Positions 1 to 10,927 of a DNA stretch of 41,991 bases are shown here, piece by piece. The stretch covers positions 1 to 41,991 of the forward strand of contig DAORUY010000001.1 in assembly GCA_035433445.1 (NCBI GenBank), given 5' to 3'. A program made the position numbers and the translations under genes. The notes below the pieces were generated by a model. The model was not told where the DNA came from, did no database searches, and worked only from the letters and a program-made list of their open reading frames with translations. Source of the stretch: Paracoccaceae bacterium (GTDB lineage: Bacteria > Pseudomonadota > Alphaproteobacteria > Rhodobacterales > Rhodobacteraceae). How positions within the stretch are numbered: the first letter of the stretch is position 1; each line of letters starts with the position of its first letter.

Positions 1-453
1 TACCATGAACAAAGCCAGGATCAGCCGGTAAGACAGGCTCATCGCGCCGACCACCATCGCCACCATGACCCACTCGCTCCAGAACGGGAGCGCCCGCGTG
101 GAACTTTCCCGCGCCCTCAGGAATTCGGTCCCCAGCAGGACGATTGCCGTCCACAGGCCCGGCGGCCGGAACGACAGCAGATCATCGACCAGAAACACCA
201 GTGCCACCAGCAAAAGCGGCACGAAATCCGGTCGCCGCAACACCCAGACCAGGGTGAGAACCAGCAACAGATCGAACCCCGGCCAGTCATAGGGATAGAG
301 CCAGTCTGGGAAATATCCCAAGACCGCATCGGGCAGGGGCCAGGCCGATGGCAGCGCCGACAGCGGCAAAAGGCCCATGAAGATGATCAGCGCCGCCAAC
401 CCCAAGAACAAGGCGCGGTAACCCCACAGGCTGGCTGTGCGCGGATCAACCAT
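1..453 (-). CDS. mreD: Rod shape-determining protein MreD (3' end runs off the window)
   Basis: Not in the ORF track. Read manually from ATG at 453-451: MVDPRTASLWGYRALFLGLAALIIFMGLLPL...WPGFDLLLVLTLVWVLRRPDFVP...DDLLSFRPPGLWTAIVLLGTEFLRAR, a hydrophobic membrane protein. Overlaps the mreC stop by 8 nt in mreBCD order. Confidence 0.88.
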   Translation of the reverse strand, partial: MVDPRTASLWGYRALFLGLAALIIFMGLLPLSALPSAWPLPDAVLGYFPDWLYPYDWPGFDLLLVLTLVWVLRRPDFVPLLLVALVFLVDDLLSFRPPGLWTAIVLLGTEFLRARESSTRALPFWSEWVMVAMVVGAMSLSYRLILALFMV

Positions 454-1375
454 CTCCGCCCCCGCTACCGCCTATGCCTGGCTCAAGCTGATAGGTGAAC
501 CCCGGCTGGGGCGGCGCTGGCGGCGGGATCAGGGCGCCGGCCTCGTTAATCTGCTCGCTCGGGTGGCTGCGCAGGACCCGCACGAAATCAAGCCGGTCAT
601 AGTCCGCGGCCAACCGTACCCGGAACCGGTTGTCGCGGGTCTTGACCACGGTGCCCACCAGAATGCCGGCCGGAAAGACCCCGCCGTCGCCCGAGGAAAT
701 CACCCTGTCATCCGGCGCGACGGTTTCCGGTGTCTCGATGAACTCAAGGGGCGGCGCGGCGCTGTTGTCGCCCACCAGCATCGCCTTTTGCCCTGACGGC
801 TGAATCGTGACCGGAATCCGGCTCGATGCGTCGGTCAGCAAAAGAACCCGCGCGGTATTCTGCCCCACGCCCGAAATCCGACCCACCAGCCCCAATCCGT
901 CCATTGTCGCCCAGCCATCGACGATCCCGTCCCGCGCGCCCACATTCAGCAACACCGACTGGCGAAAGGGTGATCCGCTGTCCGCCATCACCACCCCGGA
1001 AACCGAGGTCAGCTTCGGATCCAGCCGCACCTGGTTCTGTGCCAGCAACTTCGCATTTTGCTGCTCAAGCTGCACGGCGGCCTCTTTCCAGGCCTTCATT
1101 TGCTGCAACTCGCGGCGCAATTCCTGGTTTTGTTCGTAGATGCGGGCATAGGACTGAAAGCCGCTGATCATGCCCGCCAGCTTCGTCACCGGTGCCATGG
1201 CCCAGTCCATCGGCGGCACCACCCGGTCGATGAAGGCATTGCGGAACCGTTCCACCCTGGGGCTGTCGATCCGCCAGATCAGGAACAGGAACCCGAAGAT
1301 CAGCACAAGCACAGCCAGAAGCACCCGACGCACGGGTCCCCGATAATCAACGTCGCTGTTGCGGTCTCGTGCCAC
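446..1375 (-). CDS. mreC: Rod shape-determining protein MreC
   Basis: 309 aa with an N-terminal TM helix, coiled coil (EQNQELRRELQQMK) and MreC motifs (GLVGRISGVG, SSGDGGVFPAGILVG). Downstream of mreB; GTG start with GAGG upstream. Confidence 0.95.
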   Translation of the reverse strand: MARDRNSDVDYRGPVRRVLLAVLVLIFGFLFLIWRIDSPRVERFRNAFIDRVVPPMDWAMAPVTKLAGMISGFQSYARIYEQNQELRRELQQMKAWKEAAVQLEQQNAKLLAQNQVRLDPKLTSVSGVVMADSGSPFRQSVLLNVGARDGIVDGWATMDGLGLVGRISGVGQNTARVLLLTDASSRIPVTIQPSGQKAMLVGDNSAAPPLEFIETPETVAPDDRVISSGDGGVFPAGILVGTVVKTRDNRFRVRLAADYDRLDFVRVLRSHPSEQINEAGALIPPPAPPQPGFTYQLEPGIGGSGGGDG

Positions 1376-1424
1376 GGGCGGCCTCTTGGCTGGCGGTCGC
1401 GGGCAGGTGGCCCGCGCTCACGGC

Positions 1425-2672
<1,248 letters not shown>

Positions 2673-2768
2673 CTATCATCACCTTCCCGGGGGTTTACGC
2701 ACCGAGTTCGAGCATGGTTTGAACTTCGTATGAGATACTCAGCGGGCGAACCATTCCGAATTCGCCTG

Positions 2769-3233
2769 CTAGACCAGCACCCGGCCCTGTTCAACGACGG
2801 CCTCCATTGCGACATAACTGCTCGTGGCGCGCATGTAGGGCAGGGACGAGATCTTTTCGGCCATGATCTGGCGGAAATGTACCATATCCCGTGACCGCAC
2901 CTTCAGCAGATAGTCGTAGCCGCCCGCGATCATGTAACATTCCTCCACTTCGGGAATGTTGCGGACATCGTCATTGAACTTGTCGAGTGCCGACTGGCGG
3001 GTGTCGGTCATCTTCACCTCGACATAAGTCACATGGGTCAGGCCCAGCTTCATCGGCGACAGTATCGCACGGTAGCCGGTGATCAGGCCCGCCTCCTCCA
3101 TCTGGCGCACGCGCTGGGTGACAGGCGTTTTGGAAAGGCCTACCTTTTCAGCAAGCTCGCTCATCGGGATGCGGGCATTGGCCACCAGTTCGGCCAAAAT
3201 CTTGCGGTTAATGGGGTCGAGTTGGTCTGCCAT
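2769..3233 (-). CDS. putR: Lrp/AsnC-family regulator, proline utilisation activator PutR
   Basis: 154 aa with Lrp HTH (LAEKVGLSKTPVTQRVRQMEEAGLITGY) and RAM domain (PEVEECYMIAGGYDYLLKV); divergent from putA. Confidence 0.85.
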   Translation of the reverse strand: MADQLDPINRKILAELVANARIPMSELAEKVGLSKTPVTQRVRQMEEAGLITGYRAILSPMKLGLTHVTYVEVKMTDTRQSALDKFNDDVRNIPEVEECYMIAGGYDYLLKVRSRDMVHFRQIMAEKISSLPYMRATSSYVAMEAVVEQGRVLV

Positions 3234-3340
3234 AGAACTCTGCCCTCAATGGTTTGGTCGAATCGACTGCGATTCTCGTCTCATTTGGTCACATCGTCCA
3301 TCAGCATTCCGGTATCGAGCGATAAAATTCGGGAGCCATC

Positions 3341-6300
3341 ATGTCAGACCTGTCACTTTTCGACCTGAACGCAAAATTCCGCCCTGAAGCAGAGCTTCTT
3401 GATCGGCTGGTGTCCGAAGCGGCGCTGGACAGCGCCCTTCGCAAGCGGGTTACGGCCAAGGGGGCCGATTTGGTGCGCCGCATCCGCGGCGAGGCAAAGC
3501 CGACCTTGATGGAACATTTTCTGTCGGAGTACGGGCTTTCCACCCGCGAAGGCGTAGCACTGATGTGCCTTGCCGAAGCCATGCTGCGTGTCCCCGACAA
3601 ACTGACGATCGACGCGCTGATCGAAGACAAGATTGCACCATCGGACTGGGGCAGGCATCTGGGCGAGGCATCGTCGAGCCTTGTCAATGCCTCAACTTGG
3701 GCCCTGATGCTGACCGGCAAGGTGCTGGACGCCGACCAGCCCGGCATTGCGGGCACACTGCGGGGTATGGTCAAGCGCCTTGGCGAGCCGGTCATCCGCA
3801 CCGCCGTCGGGCGCGCGATGAAGGAAATGGGCCGACAGTTCGTGCTGGGCCAGACCATCGACGCCGCCCTTGACCGCGCGAAGAAGCGCGAGGCTCAGGG
3901 CTTTACCTACAGTTATGACATGCTGGGCGAGGCGGCGATGACCAGCGCCGACGCCGCGCGCTATGCCAGGGAATACGGCAATGCCATCGCCGCCATCGCC
4001 CGCGCCTGTGACAAGGGCTCGGTCGAAGCAAACCCCGGCATCTCGATCAAGCTTTCGGCATTGCATCCGCGCTACGAGGTCGCGCAAGAGAGCCGAGTGA
4101 TGGCTGAACTGGTACCGGTTGTGCTGAAGCTCGCCAAAGCCGCCAAAGTCGCAAACATGGGCATGAACATCGACGCCGAAGAACAGGACCGCCTGGTTCT
4201 GTCCCTGAAGGTGATCGAGGCCGTTCTGGCCGATCCGTCGCTGGCGGGTTGGGATGGCTTCGGGGTCGTAGTGCAAGCTTACGGCAAGCGCGCCGGGCTG
4301 GTGATCGACTGGCTTTATGCGACGGCGAAGCGATTGGATCGCAAGATCATGGTGCGGCTGGTCAAAGGCGCCTATTGGGACAGCGAGATCAAGCGCGCCC
4401 AGGTCGAAGGCATGCCCGGCTTTCCGCTTTTCACCACCAAGATCGCCACCGATGTCAGCTATATCGCCAATGCGAAAAAGCTGATCGGCTACGCCGACCG
4501 CATCTACCCGCAGTTCGCGACCCACAACGCTCAGACCGTCGCCGCTGTGCTTGAACTGGCAGGCGCAGTGCCATTTGAATTCCAGCGCCTGCACGGCATG
4601 GGCGAGCGGCTGCATGACATCGTACTGGCCGAAACCAAAGGCCGCTGCCGCATCTATGCGCCGGTCGGCGCCCACCGCGATCTTCTGGCCTATCTGGTGC
4701 GCCGCCTGCTGGAAAACGGAGCGAACTCGTCCTTCGTGCATCAGATCGTTGATGAATCCATTACCCCTGAAGATGTCGCGCGCGACCCTTTCGCAGCATT
4801 GGCGACCGCCCAGCCCCCGGCCTCTCTGGTGACGCCCGCAGCACTCTTCGGCCCGGCGCGCGTCAATTCGACGGGTTTCGACCAATCCGACGAGGGAACG
4901 CTGCGCCAGATCGAGGGGGCCCGGCTTGACGCAAACGCCCAGGCCGAAACATTGACCGTTCGTCCCGCCACGGGTGCGATGCATCCCGTTCTCAACCCCG
5001 CAACGGGCGAGACGATCGGCGAGGTCATCCATGCCGATCCAGCAACCGTCACCCGCGCCATCGAGGATGCGCGCACCTGGGACGTGCCCGCCGCCGAACG
5101 CGCCGCCACCTTGCGCCGCGCCGCCGATCTCTATGAAGCGCACTACGGCGAAATCTTCGCCACCCTGACGCGCGAGGCCGGAAAATCCCTGCCCGACGCC
5201 ATCGGGGAACTGCGCGAGGCGGTCGACTTCCTACGTTACTACGCCACCGAGGGCGAACGTTCGACGAGGAACCCGCGCGGGATCTTTGGCGCGATCAGCC
5301 CGTGGAACTTCCCCCTAGCGATCTTTTCAGGCCAGATCGCGGCGGCCCTGATGGCCGGAAACGCGGTCATCGCCAAGCCCGCCGAACCGACACCGATCAT
5401 CGCCCGCATCGGCGTGCGTCTGCTGCATCAGGCGGGGGTGCCCAAATCGGCGCTGCAACTGCTGCCCGGCCGTGGCAGCGTGGTCGGCAACGCGCTTGCC
5501 TCCGATCCCCGTGTTGCGGGGCTGGTCTTCACCGGCTCGACGGGAACGGCACAAACCATCGCGCGGAACATGGCGGCGAACCTCGCCCCCGGCACGCCGC
5601 TGATCGCGGAAACCGGCGGACTTAACGCGATGATCGTGGATTCGACCGCTTTACCCGAACAAGCGGTGCGCGACGTTGTCGCCTCGGCGTTCCGCTCGGC
5701 CGGTCAGCGCTGCTCGGCGCTGCGGTGCCTCTATGTGCAAGAAGACATCGCCCCCCATGTGATCGACATGATCAAGGGTGCGATGAACGAGCTGATCGCC
5801 GGCGATCCGTGGGCGATTTCCACCGATGTGGGCCCGGTGATCGACGCCCGCGCCCAATCGACCATCGCCGCCTATCTGGAAGAGAACCGCGCCCGCATCC
5901 TGCACCAACTGCCGGTGCCCTCGAACGGCACGTTCATTCCGCCGACGATGCTGCGCGTGAAGGGCATCGAGGATCTCGACCGCGAAATTTTCGGCCCTGT
6001 CCTACATGTCGCCACTTTTCGCGGCGAAGATCTGCACAAGGTCGTTGATGACATTAATGCCAAGAGCTTTGGCTTGACCTTCGGCCTGCACACACGGATC
6101 GACAGCCGCGTGCAAGAGGTCGCGGGCGCCATTCATGTCGGCAACATCTATGTGAACCGCAACCAAATCGGTGCGGTCGTGGGCAGTCAACCCTTTGGCG
6201 GGGAGGGTCTTTCCGGAACCGGGCCCAAGGCGGGCGGTCCGAACTACCTGAACCGTTTCTACGCACCCGACGACGCCAACGTCAGCGTGGCACCCTGGAC

Positions 6301-6742
6301 GAGCAAGGCCGATGTTGCTGCGCTCGCCCAGCGCCTTGCCTCGCACGCGCCACGCCAGATCGCCGAACAGTTCATGCCCGGCCCAACCGGAGAGATGAAC
6401 CGTCTGACGATCCACAGCCGCGCCCCGGTCCTGTGTCTTGGGCCGGGAAAGGCCGCTGCCGTCGCACAGAAAGCTGCGGTTGAGCAGCTTGGCGGTCAGG
6501 CCGTGGTTGCGGCGGGCACCATCGCAGCAAGCTCATTGACGAGCCTCGATGGCTTTTCGGCAGCGCTATGGTGGGGCGATGTGACCGAGGGCCGCGCACA
6601 TGCTCAGGCACTGGCCGACCGGGATGGCGAAATCGTGCAACTCATCACCGCCCTACCCGACCTTGCCCATGTCGCACATGAACGACACCTCTGTGTCGAT
6701 ACGACTGCGGCCGGTGGAAACGCGGCGCTTCTGGCAGGGTAG
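3341..6742 (+). CDS. putA: Bifunctional proline dehydrogenase / L-glutamate gamma-semialdehyde dehydrogenase PutA
   Basis: 1133 aa. PRODH motifs SYDMLGE, VRLVKGAYWDSE, QFATHNA, YLVRRLLENGANSSF; ALDH motifs SPWNFPLAIF, AETGG, AGQRCSA, QPFGGEGLSGTG. No N-terminal RHH domain, consistent with a separate PutR. Confidence 0.97.
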   Translation: MSDLSLFDLNAKFRPEAELLDRLVSEAALDSALRKRVTAKGADLVRRIRGEAKPTLMEHFLSEYGLSTREGVALMCLAEAMLRVPDKLTIDALIEDKIAPSDWGRHLGEASSSLVNASTWALMLTGKVLDADQPGIAGTLRGMVKRLGEPVIRTAVGRAMKEMGRQFVLGQTIDAALDRAKKREAQGFTYSYDMLGEAAMTSADAARYAREYGNAIAAIARACDKGSVEANPGISIKLSALHPRYEVAQESRVMAELVPVVLKLAKAAKVANMGMNIDAEEQDRLVLSLKVIEAVLADPSLAGWDGFGVVVQAYGKRAGLVIDWLYATAKRLDRKIMVRLVKGAYWDSEIKRAQVEGMPGFPLFTTKIATDVSYIANAKKLIGYADRIYPQFATHNAQTVAAVLELAGAVPFEFQRLHGMGERLHDIVLAETKGRCRIYAPVGAHRDLLAYLVRRLLENGANSSFVHQIVDESITPEDVARDPFAALATAQPPASLVTPAALFGPARVNSTGFDQSDEGTLRQIEGARLDANAQAETLTVRPATGAMHPVLNPATGETIGEVIHADPATVTRAIEDARTWDVPAAERAATLRRAADLYEAHYGEIFATLTREAGKSLPDAIGELREAVDFLRYYATEGERSTRNPRGIFGAISPWNFPLAIFSGQIAAALMAGNAVIAKPAEPTPIIARIGVRLLHQAGVPKSALQLLPGRGSVVGNALASDPRVAGLVFTGSTGTAQTIARNMAANLAPGTPLIAETGGLNAMIVDSTALPEQAVRDVVASAFRSAGQRCSALRCLYVQEDIAPHVIDMIKGAMNELIAGDPWAISTDVGPVIDARAQSTIAAYLEENRARILHQLPVPSNGTFIPPTMLRVKGIEDLDREIFGPVLHVATFRGEDLHKVVDDINAKSFGLTFGLHTRIDSRVQEVAGAIHVGNIYVNRNQIGAVVGSQPFGGEGLSGTGPKAGGPNYLNRFYAPDDANVSVAPWTSKADVAALAQRLASHAPRQIAEQFMPGPTGEMNRLTIHSRAPVLCLGPGKAAAVAQKAAVEQLGGQAVVAAGTIAASSLTSLDGFSAALWWGDVTEGRAHAQALADRDGEIVQLITALPDLAHVAHERHLCVDTTAAGGNAALLAG

Positions 6743-6944
6743 CGGTCGCGCAATAGAGCAAAACCCCAGGTCCGGGCGGCCGTCCACATGGCGGCTGTCT
6801 TTTCCGGCAGACCAAATTTTGGGCGTGCGGCGATGTTTTCTTTTGGACCACGGCGTGTGTTGACCCGTCCGATGATCTTGCAATCCCGCAGGCCTTTCTT
6901 TTCTTCAGCAGGTGGTCATACTTGCTAAAACGCTGGGGGCATTA

Positions 6945-8360
6945 ATGATCAAGACCTTTTTCAACGAAATGTTCGACGACGGGGCCGTGCGTCCACCCTA
7001 CGCGCGGCTCGAGGACTGGACCCGCGCCATGCCGCTGGACTTCCGCACGATGAAACAGGCCGAGGCCGAAGCCTTGTTCCGACGCATCGGCATCACGTTT
7101 GCGGTCTACGGCGAAGGCGGCGACCCGGACCGCCTCATCCCGTTCGACATGTTCCCGCGTGTCTTCACCCAAAGCGAATGGCGAAGGCTGGAAAGCGGGA
7201 TCAAACAGCGGGCACGCGCGCTGAATCTGTTCCTTGCCGATGTCTACAGCCGTGGAGAGATCGTGCGTGCGGGCCGTATCCCCGCCGCGCTTGTTTATGG
7301 CAACGAGGCTTTTGAAAAGGCCGCGACTGGCTTCATGCCCCCCAAGGGGGTTTTCAGCCATATCGTCGGGATCGACATCGTCCGCACCGGGCTCGATGAT
7401 TTCTATGTGCTCGAAGACAACTGCCGCACCCCTTCGGGCGTCAGCTACATGCTGGAAAACCGCGAGATCATGATGCGGATGTTCCCGGCGCTGTTCCGCG
7501 AAAACCGTATCGAGCCGATCGACAATTATTCAGAGCTGCTGCGGCGCACGCTAGCGTCTGTCGCGCCGGTAAAATGCGACCACGAACCAACCATTGTCAT
7601 CCTGACACCTGGTCACTTCAATTCGGCCTACTACGAACATTCCTTCCTCGCCGATCTGATGGGGGTCGAACTGGTCGAAGGTCAGGATCTGTTCGTGGAG
7701 GGCGGGTTCGTCTGGATGCGCACCACCGAAGGGCCGCAAAAGGTCGATGTGATCTATCGGCGGATTGATGATGCCTATCTCGACCCATTGTGCTTCAGGC
7801 CCGACTCAATGTTGGGCATTGCAGGGCTGATGGATGTCTATCGGTCCGGCGGTGTCACGATCTGCTCGGCGCCGGGCGCGGGCGTTGCCGATGACAAGGC
7901 CGTCTATACATTCGTCCCGGAAATGATCCGCTTCTACTTGGGGGAAGAGCCGATCTTGCAGAATGTGCCGACCTGGCAATGCGGCAAGGCGGATGACCTG
8001 TCCTACGTTCTGTCCAACTTGCCCGAGCTGGTGGTGAAAGAGGTGCATGGTTCGGGCGGCTACGGCATGCTGGTCGGACCGAAATCCACGAAAGCGGAAA
8101 TCGCCGACTTTGCCGATAAATTGAAGGCGGACCCGGGCGGCTATATCGCCCAGCCGACCCTAGCCCTTTCGACGACACCCAGTTTCGTTGCCGAAGGGAT
8201 CGCACCGCGACACGTCGACCTCAGACCCTATTGCCTGGTGGGGGAACGGATCGAATTGGTGCCCGGCGGTCTGACGCGCGTCGCGCTCAGGGAGGGCTCG
8301 CTTGTCGTGAACTCGTCGCAGGGCGGCGGGGTCAAGGATACCTGGGTTCTGGCGGAGTAA
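6945..8360 (+). CDS. Circularly permuted type 2 ATP-grasp protein (putative peptide/amide ligase)
   Basis: GITFAVY, VLEDNCRTPSGVSYMLENR, YRRIDD, PRHVDLRPY, GGLTRVAL, VVNSSQGGGVKDTWV are characteristic of this family. Start set at ATG 6945 (GTG at 6912 is an alternative). Confidence 0.92.
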   Translation: MIKTFFNEMFDDGAVRPPYARLEDWTRAMPLDFRTMKQAEAEALFRRIGITFAVYGEGGDPDRLIPFDMFPRVFTQSEWRRLESGIKQRARALNLFLADVYSRGEIVRAGRIPAALVYGNEAFEKAATGFMPPKGVFSHIVGIDIVRTGLDDFYVLEDNCRTPSGVSYMLENREIMMRMFPALFRENRIEPIDNYSELLRRTLASVAPVKCDHEPTIVILTPGHFNSAYYEHSFLADLMGVELVEGQDLFVEGGFVWMRTTEGPQKVDVIYRRIDDAYLDPLCFRPDSMLGIAGLMDVYRSGGVTICSAPGAGVADDKAVYTFVPEMIRFYLGEEPILQNVPTWQCGKADDLSYVLSNLPELVVKEVHGSGGYGMLVGPKSTKAEIADFADKLKADPGGYIAQPTLALSTTPSFVAEGIAPRHVDLRPYCLVGERIELVPGGLTRVALREGSLVVNSSQGGGVKDTWVLAE

Positions 8361-8365
8361 CAGAC

Positions 8366-9322
8366 ATGTTGAGTAGAACCGCCGAGAACCTGTTCTGGAT
8401 GGGCCGCTATATGGAGCGTGCGGAAATGACCGCGCGGCTTTTGGACGTGGGGTCGCGCATCACGCTGCTGCCATCGTCCGCCGGGCAGGGCTACCGCGAC
8501 GAATGGGATTCGCTTCTGCAAGCGTCAGGTACAGCGAAGGGTTTTGCCGAAAAGTACGGCGAGACGGTGCAAAGAAACATCGAAAGCTATCTGTTCTTCG
8601 ACCGCGACAACCCCTCGTCCGTCGCATCCTGTCTTGAAAGTGCCCGCGAAAATGGCCGGATCGTGCGGACTGCGCTAACCAGTCAGGTCTGGGATGCGCT
8701 CAACACCGCGTTTCAGGAGCTGCGCCAGCTTGAGCGGGCGGAACGCTCAAGTCTTGAACTGAGTCGGTTGACCGAATGGACCACCCGCCACGCGGCCATG
8801 TTGCGCGGTGCGATTGATGCAACGAAGCTGCGCGACGACGGCTATCATTTCATAGGTCTTGGCGCCCATATTGAGCGGGCCGACAATACTGCGCGCTTGC
8901 TGGACGTGAAATATTACGTCCTTCTGCCACGGATGGATTTTGTCGGCTCCGGCCTTGATACCCATCAATGGATGACGCTTCTGCGCGCGCTCTCAGCACA
9001 ACGCGCTTTTCATTGGGCCTACGGGGGCGAAATCACGGCGGCCAAGGTCGCGCATTTCCTGATCCTGAACCGACGTATGCCGCGTTCGCTTTACACATCG
9101 CTTGGTGGCGCGCACGACAATCTGGCGGCACTGTCTGCCGAATATGGGCGCGAAACGCTGGCGCAGACCCGCGTTTCATCGCTCATGCAGGATTTTTCGC
9201 GCCTGACGGTCGAAGAGATTTTTGACGAAGGCCTGCACGAATTCCTCACCCGCTTCATCCGCGAGATGGGGACGCTCGCCTCGCTCGTTCAAAACGCCTA
9301 TCTGAGCGGAGAAGCGCGATGA
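8366..9322 (+). CDS. Alpha-E domain protein (DUF403 family)
   Basis: MLSRTAENLFWMGRYMERAE and IERADNTARLLDVKY, the duplicated ER motifs. ATG 5 nt after the ATP-grasp stop. Confidence 0.92.
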   Translation: MLSRTAENLFWMGRYMERAEMTARLLDVGSRITLLPSSAGQGYRDEWDSLLQASGTAKGFAEKYGETVQRNIESYLFFDRDNPSSVASCLESARENGRIVRTALTSQVWDALNTAFQELRQLERAERSSLELSRLTEWTTRHAAMLRGAIDATKLRDDGYHFIGLGAHIERADNTARLLDVKYYVLLPRMDFVGSGLDTHQWMTLLRALSAQRAFHWAYGGEITAAKVAHFLILNRRMPRSLYTSLGGAHDNLAALSAEYGRETLAQTRVSSLMQDFSRLTVEEIFDEGLHEFLTRFIREMGTLASLVQNAYLSGEAR

Positions 9323-10137
9323 TCCTGAATATCTCACATGTGACGACCTATACTTACAGCGGTTCGGTCCGCAGCGCCGTGCAAAGCCTGCGCCTGACCC
9401 CGTCGCGGTTTGACGGTCAACGAACGGTGCGGTGGCAGATTTCCATCGAAGGCGGCCAGAAGGGCGGCACCTTTCGCGATGGGGCTGGCGACTGGATCGA
9501 AGGCTGGTCCCTGCGCGGGCCGCTGACCGGGGTGACGGTCCGGGCCGAGGGCACGGTGGAAACGACCGATCTGGCGGGCGTTCTGCGCGGCCATCGCGAA
9601 CATGTTCCGCCCGCCGCCTATCTGCGTGACACCGAAGCGACCCGCGCAAGCGCTGCCCTCGAGGCGCTTTCGGCCGAGGCGGCGCAGCAGGGCCAAAACG
9701 GCGGCGCACTGGGCCTGGCCCATACCCTTTCAGGATTGGTCGCCGACCGCATTGCCTATCGCCCCGGCACCACGACCGCCCACACAACCGCCGCAAAGGC
9801 GCTCGAGCAGGGCGAAGGCGTCTGTCAGGATCATGCCCATGCGCTGATCTCGGTGGCCAGACTGCGCGGCCTGCCCGCACGATATGTGTCGGGCTATCTT
9901 TTCGCCGACGCTTCGGGCCGGCCCCACGAAGCGGCCCATGCCTGGGCTGAAGTCTGGGTGGAAGGGTTGGGCTGGGTCGGCTTCGATCCGGCAAACCGCT
10001 GTTGTCCCGATGATCGTTATGTCCGCCTTGGGTCCGGTTACGACGCACAGGACGCGGCGCCGATACGCGGCCTGGCCATAGGAGCGGCGGCCGAAAATCT
10101 GACGGTCGAGGTTGCGGTCGGCGCGGCGCAACAATAG
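9319..10137 (+). CDS. Transglutaminase-like cysteine protein
   Basis: N-terminal bacterial transglutaminase domain (HVTTYTY...LRLTP). Catalytic triad motifs GVCQDHAH (Cys), AHAWAEVW (His), GFDPAN (Asp). ATGA overlap with alpha-E. Confidence 0.92.
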   Translation: MILNISHVTTYTYSGSVRSAVQSLRLTPSRFDGQRTVRWQISIEGGQKGGTFRDGAGDWIEGWSLRGPLTGVTVRAEGTVETTDLAGVLRGHREHVPPAAYLRDTEATRASAALEALSAEAAQQGQNGGALGLAHTLSGLVADRIAYRPGTTTAHTTAAKALEQGEGVCQDHAHALISVARLRGLPARYVSGYLFADASGRPHEAAHAWAEVWVEGLGWVGFDPANRCCPDDRYVRLGSGYDAQDAAPIRGLAIGAAAENLTVEVAVGAAQQ

Positions 10138-10169
10138 TGTCCGCAGGGGTATAAAACGGGACTGAAACG

Positions 10170-10895
10170 ATGACCTATTGCGTCGGCCTTCTCTTGAACG
10201 AAGGGATGGTATTGCTGTCGGACACGCGCACCAATGCAGGGCTCGACAATATAGCGACCTATCGCAAGATGTTCACCTTCGAGGTTCCTGGCGAACGGGT
10301 CATCACAATCGTTACGGCCGGCAGCCTTTCGGTCACGCAAACGACAATCGCCGAACTGCGCGAGGCCATCGAAGACGCGGATGCTACGGCTGATACGTCG
10401 ATCCTGCTGGCGCCGACCATGCTCAAAGTGGCCGAGATCATAGGCAATACCCTGTCGCGGGTACGCTCCTCCATCGACGAAAAGCTGGCGGTGATGCGGC
10501 AAGGTGCCTCTGCGTCGATGATCGTCGCGGGCCAGCGCAAGGATGGGGTGATGCGGCTTTTCCTTGTCTACCCCGAGGGCAACTTCATCGAAGCGACCGA
10601 GGACACGCCCTTCCTTCAGATCGGCGAGCACAAATACGGAAAACCGATCCTCGACCGTGTGATCCGACCGGAAACTTCGCTGGCAGATGGTCAGAAAGCG
10701 GTGCTTTTGTCGATGGATTCGACCCTGCGTTCAAACCTGTCGGTCGGCATGCCGCTGGATCTGGCCGTTATACCTCGTAACGCATTGCGGGTTACCCAAC
10801 AGCGCCGGATCGAAGCGGGCGACAAGGATTTTCAAGCCATGAGCGAAGCATGGTCGGCAGCGCTTCGCGACAGTTTCCAGAAAGTCGCGCTCTGA
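10170..10895 (+). CDS. Anbu proteasome-type (Ntn-hydrolase) protease
   Basis: MTYCVG...SDTRTNAGLDNI start (Thr1 nucleophile after Met removal), QIGEHKYGKPILDR, SMDSTLRSNLSVGMPLD; fourth gene of the canonical Anbu operon. Confidence 0.92.
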   Translation: MTYCVGLLLNEGMVLLSDTRTNAGLDNIATYRKMFTFEVPGERVITIVTAGSLSVTQTTIAELREAIEDADATADTSILLAPTMLKVAEIIGNTLSRVRSSIDEKLAVMRQGASASMIVAGQRKDGVMRLFLVYPEGNFIEATEDTPFLQIGEHKYGKPILDRVIRPETSLADGQKAVLLSMDSTLRSNLSVGMPLDLAVIPRNALRVTQQRRIEAGDKDFQAMSEAWSAALRDSFQKVAL

Positions 10896-10927
10896 TCCAA
10901 CGCCCGCACCGCTGGACCAAGAGCCCT

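Noticed and set aside
6911-6926. Possible sigma54 -24/-12 promoter (TGGTCATACTTGCT) upstream of the ATP-grasp gene
   Set aside because: GG to GC spacing is 8 or 11 nt, not the required 10.
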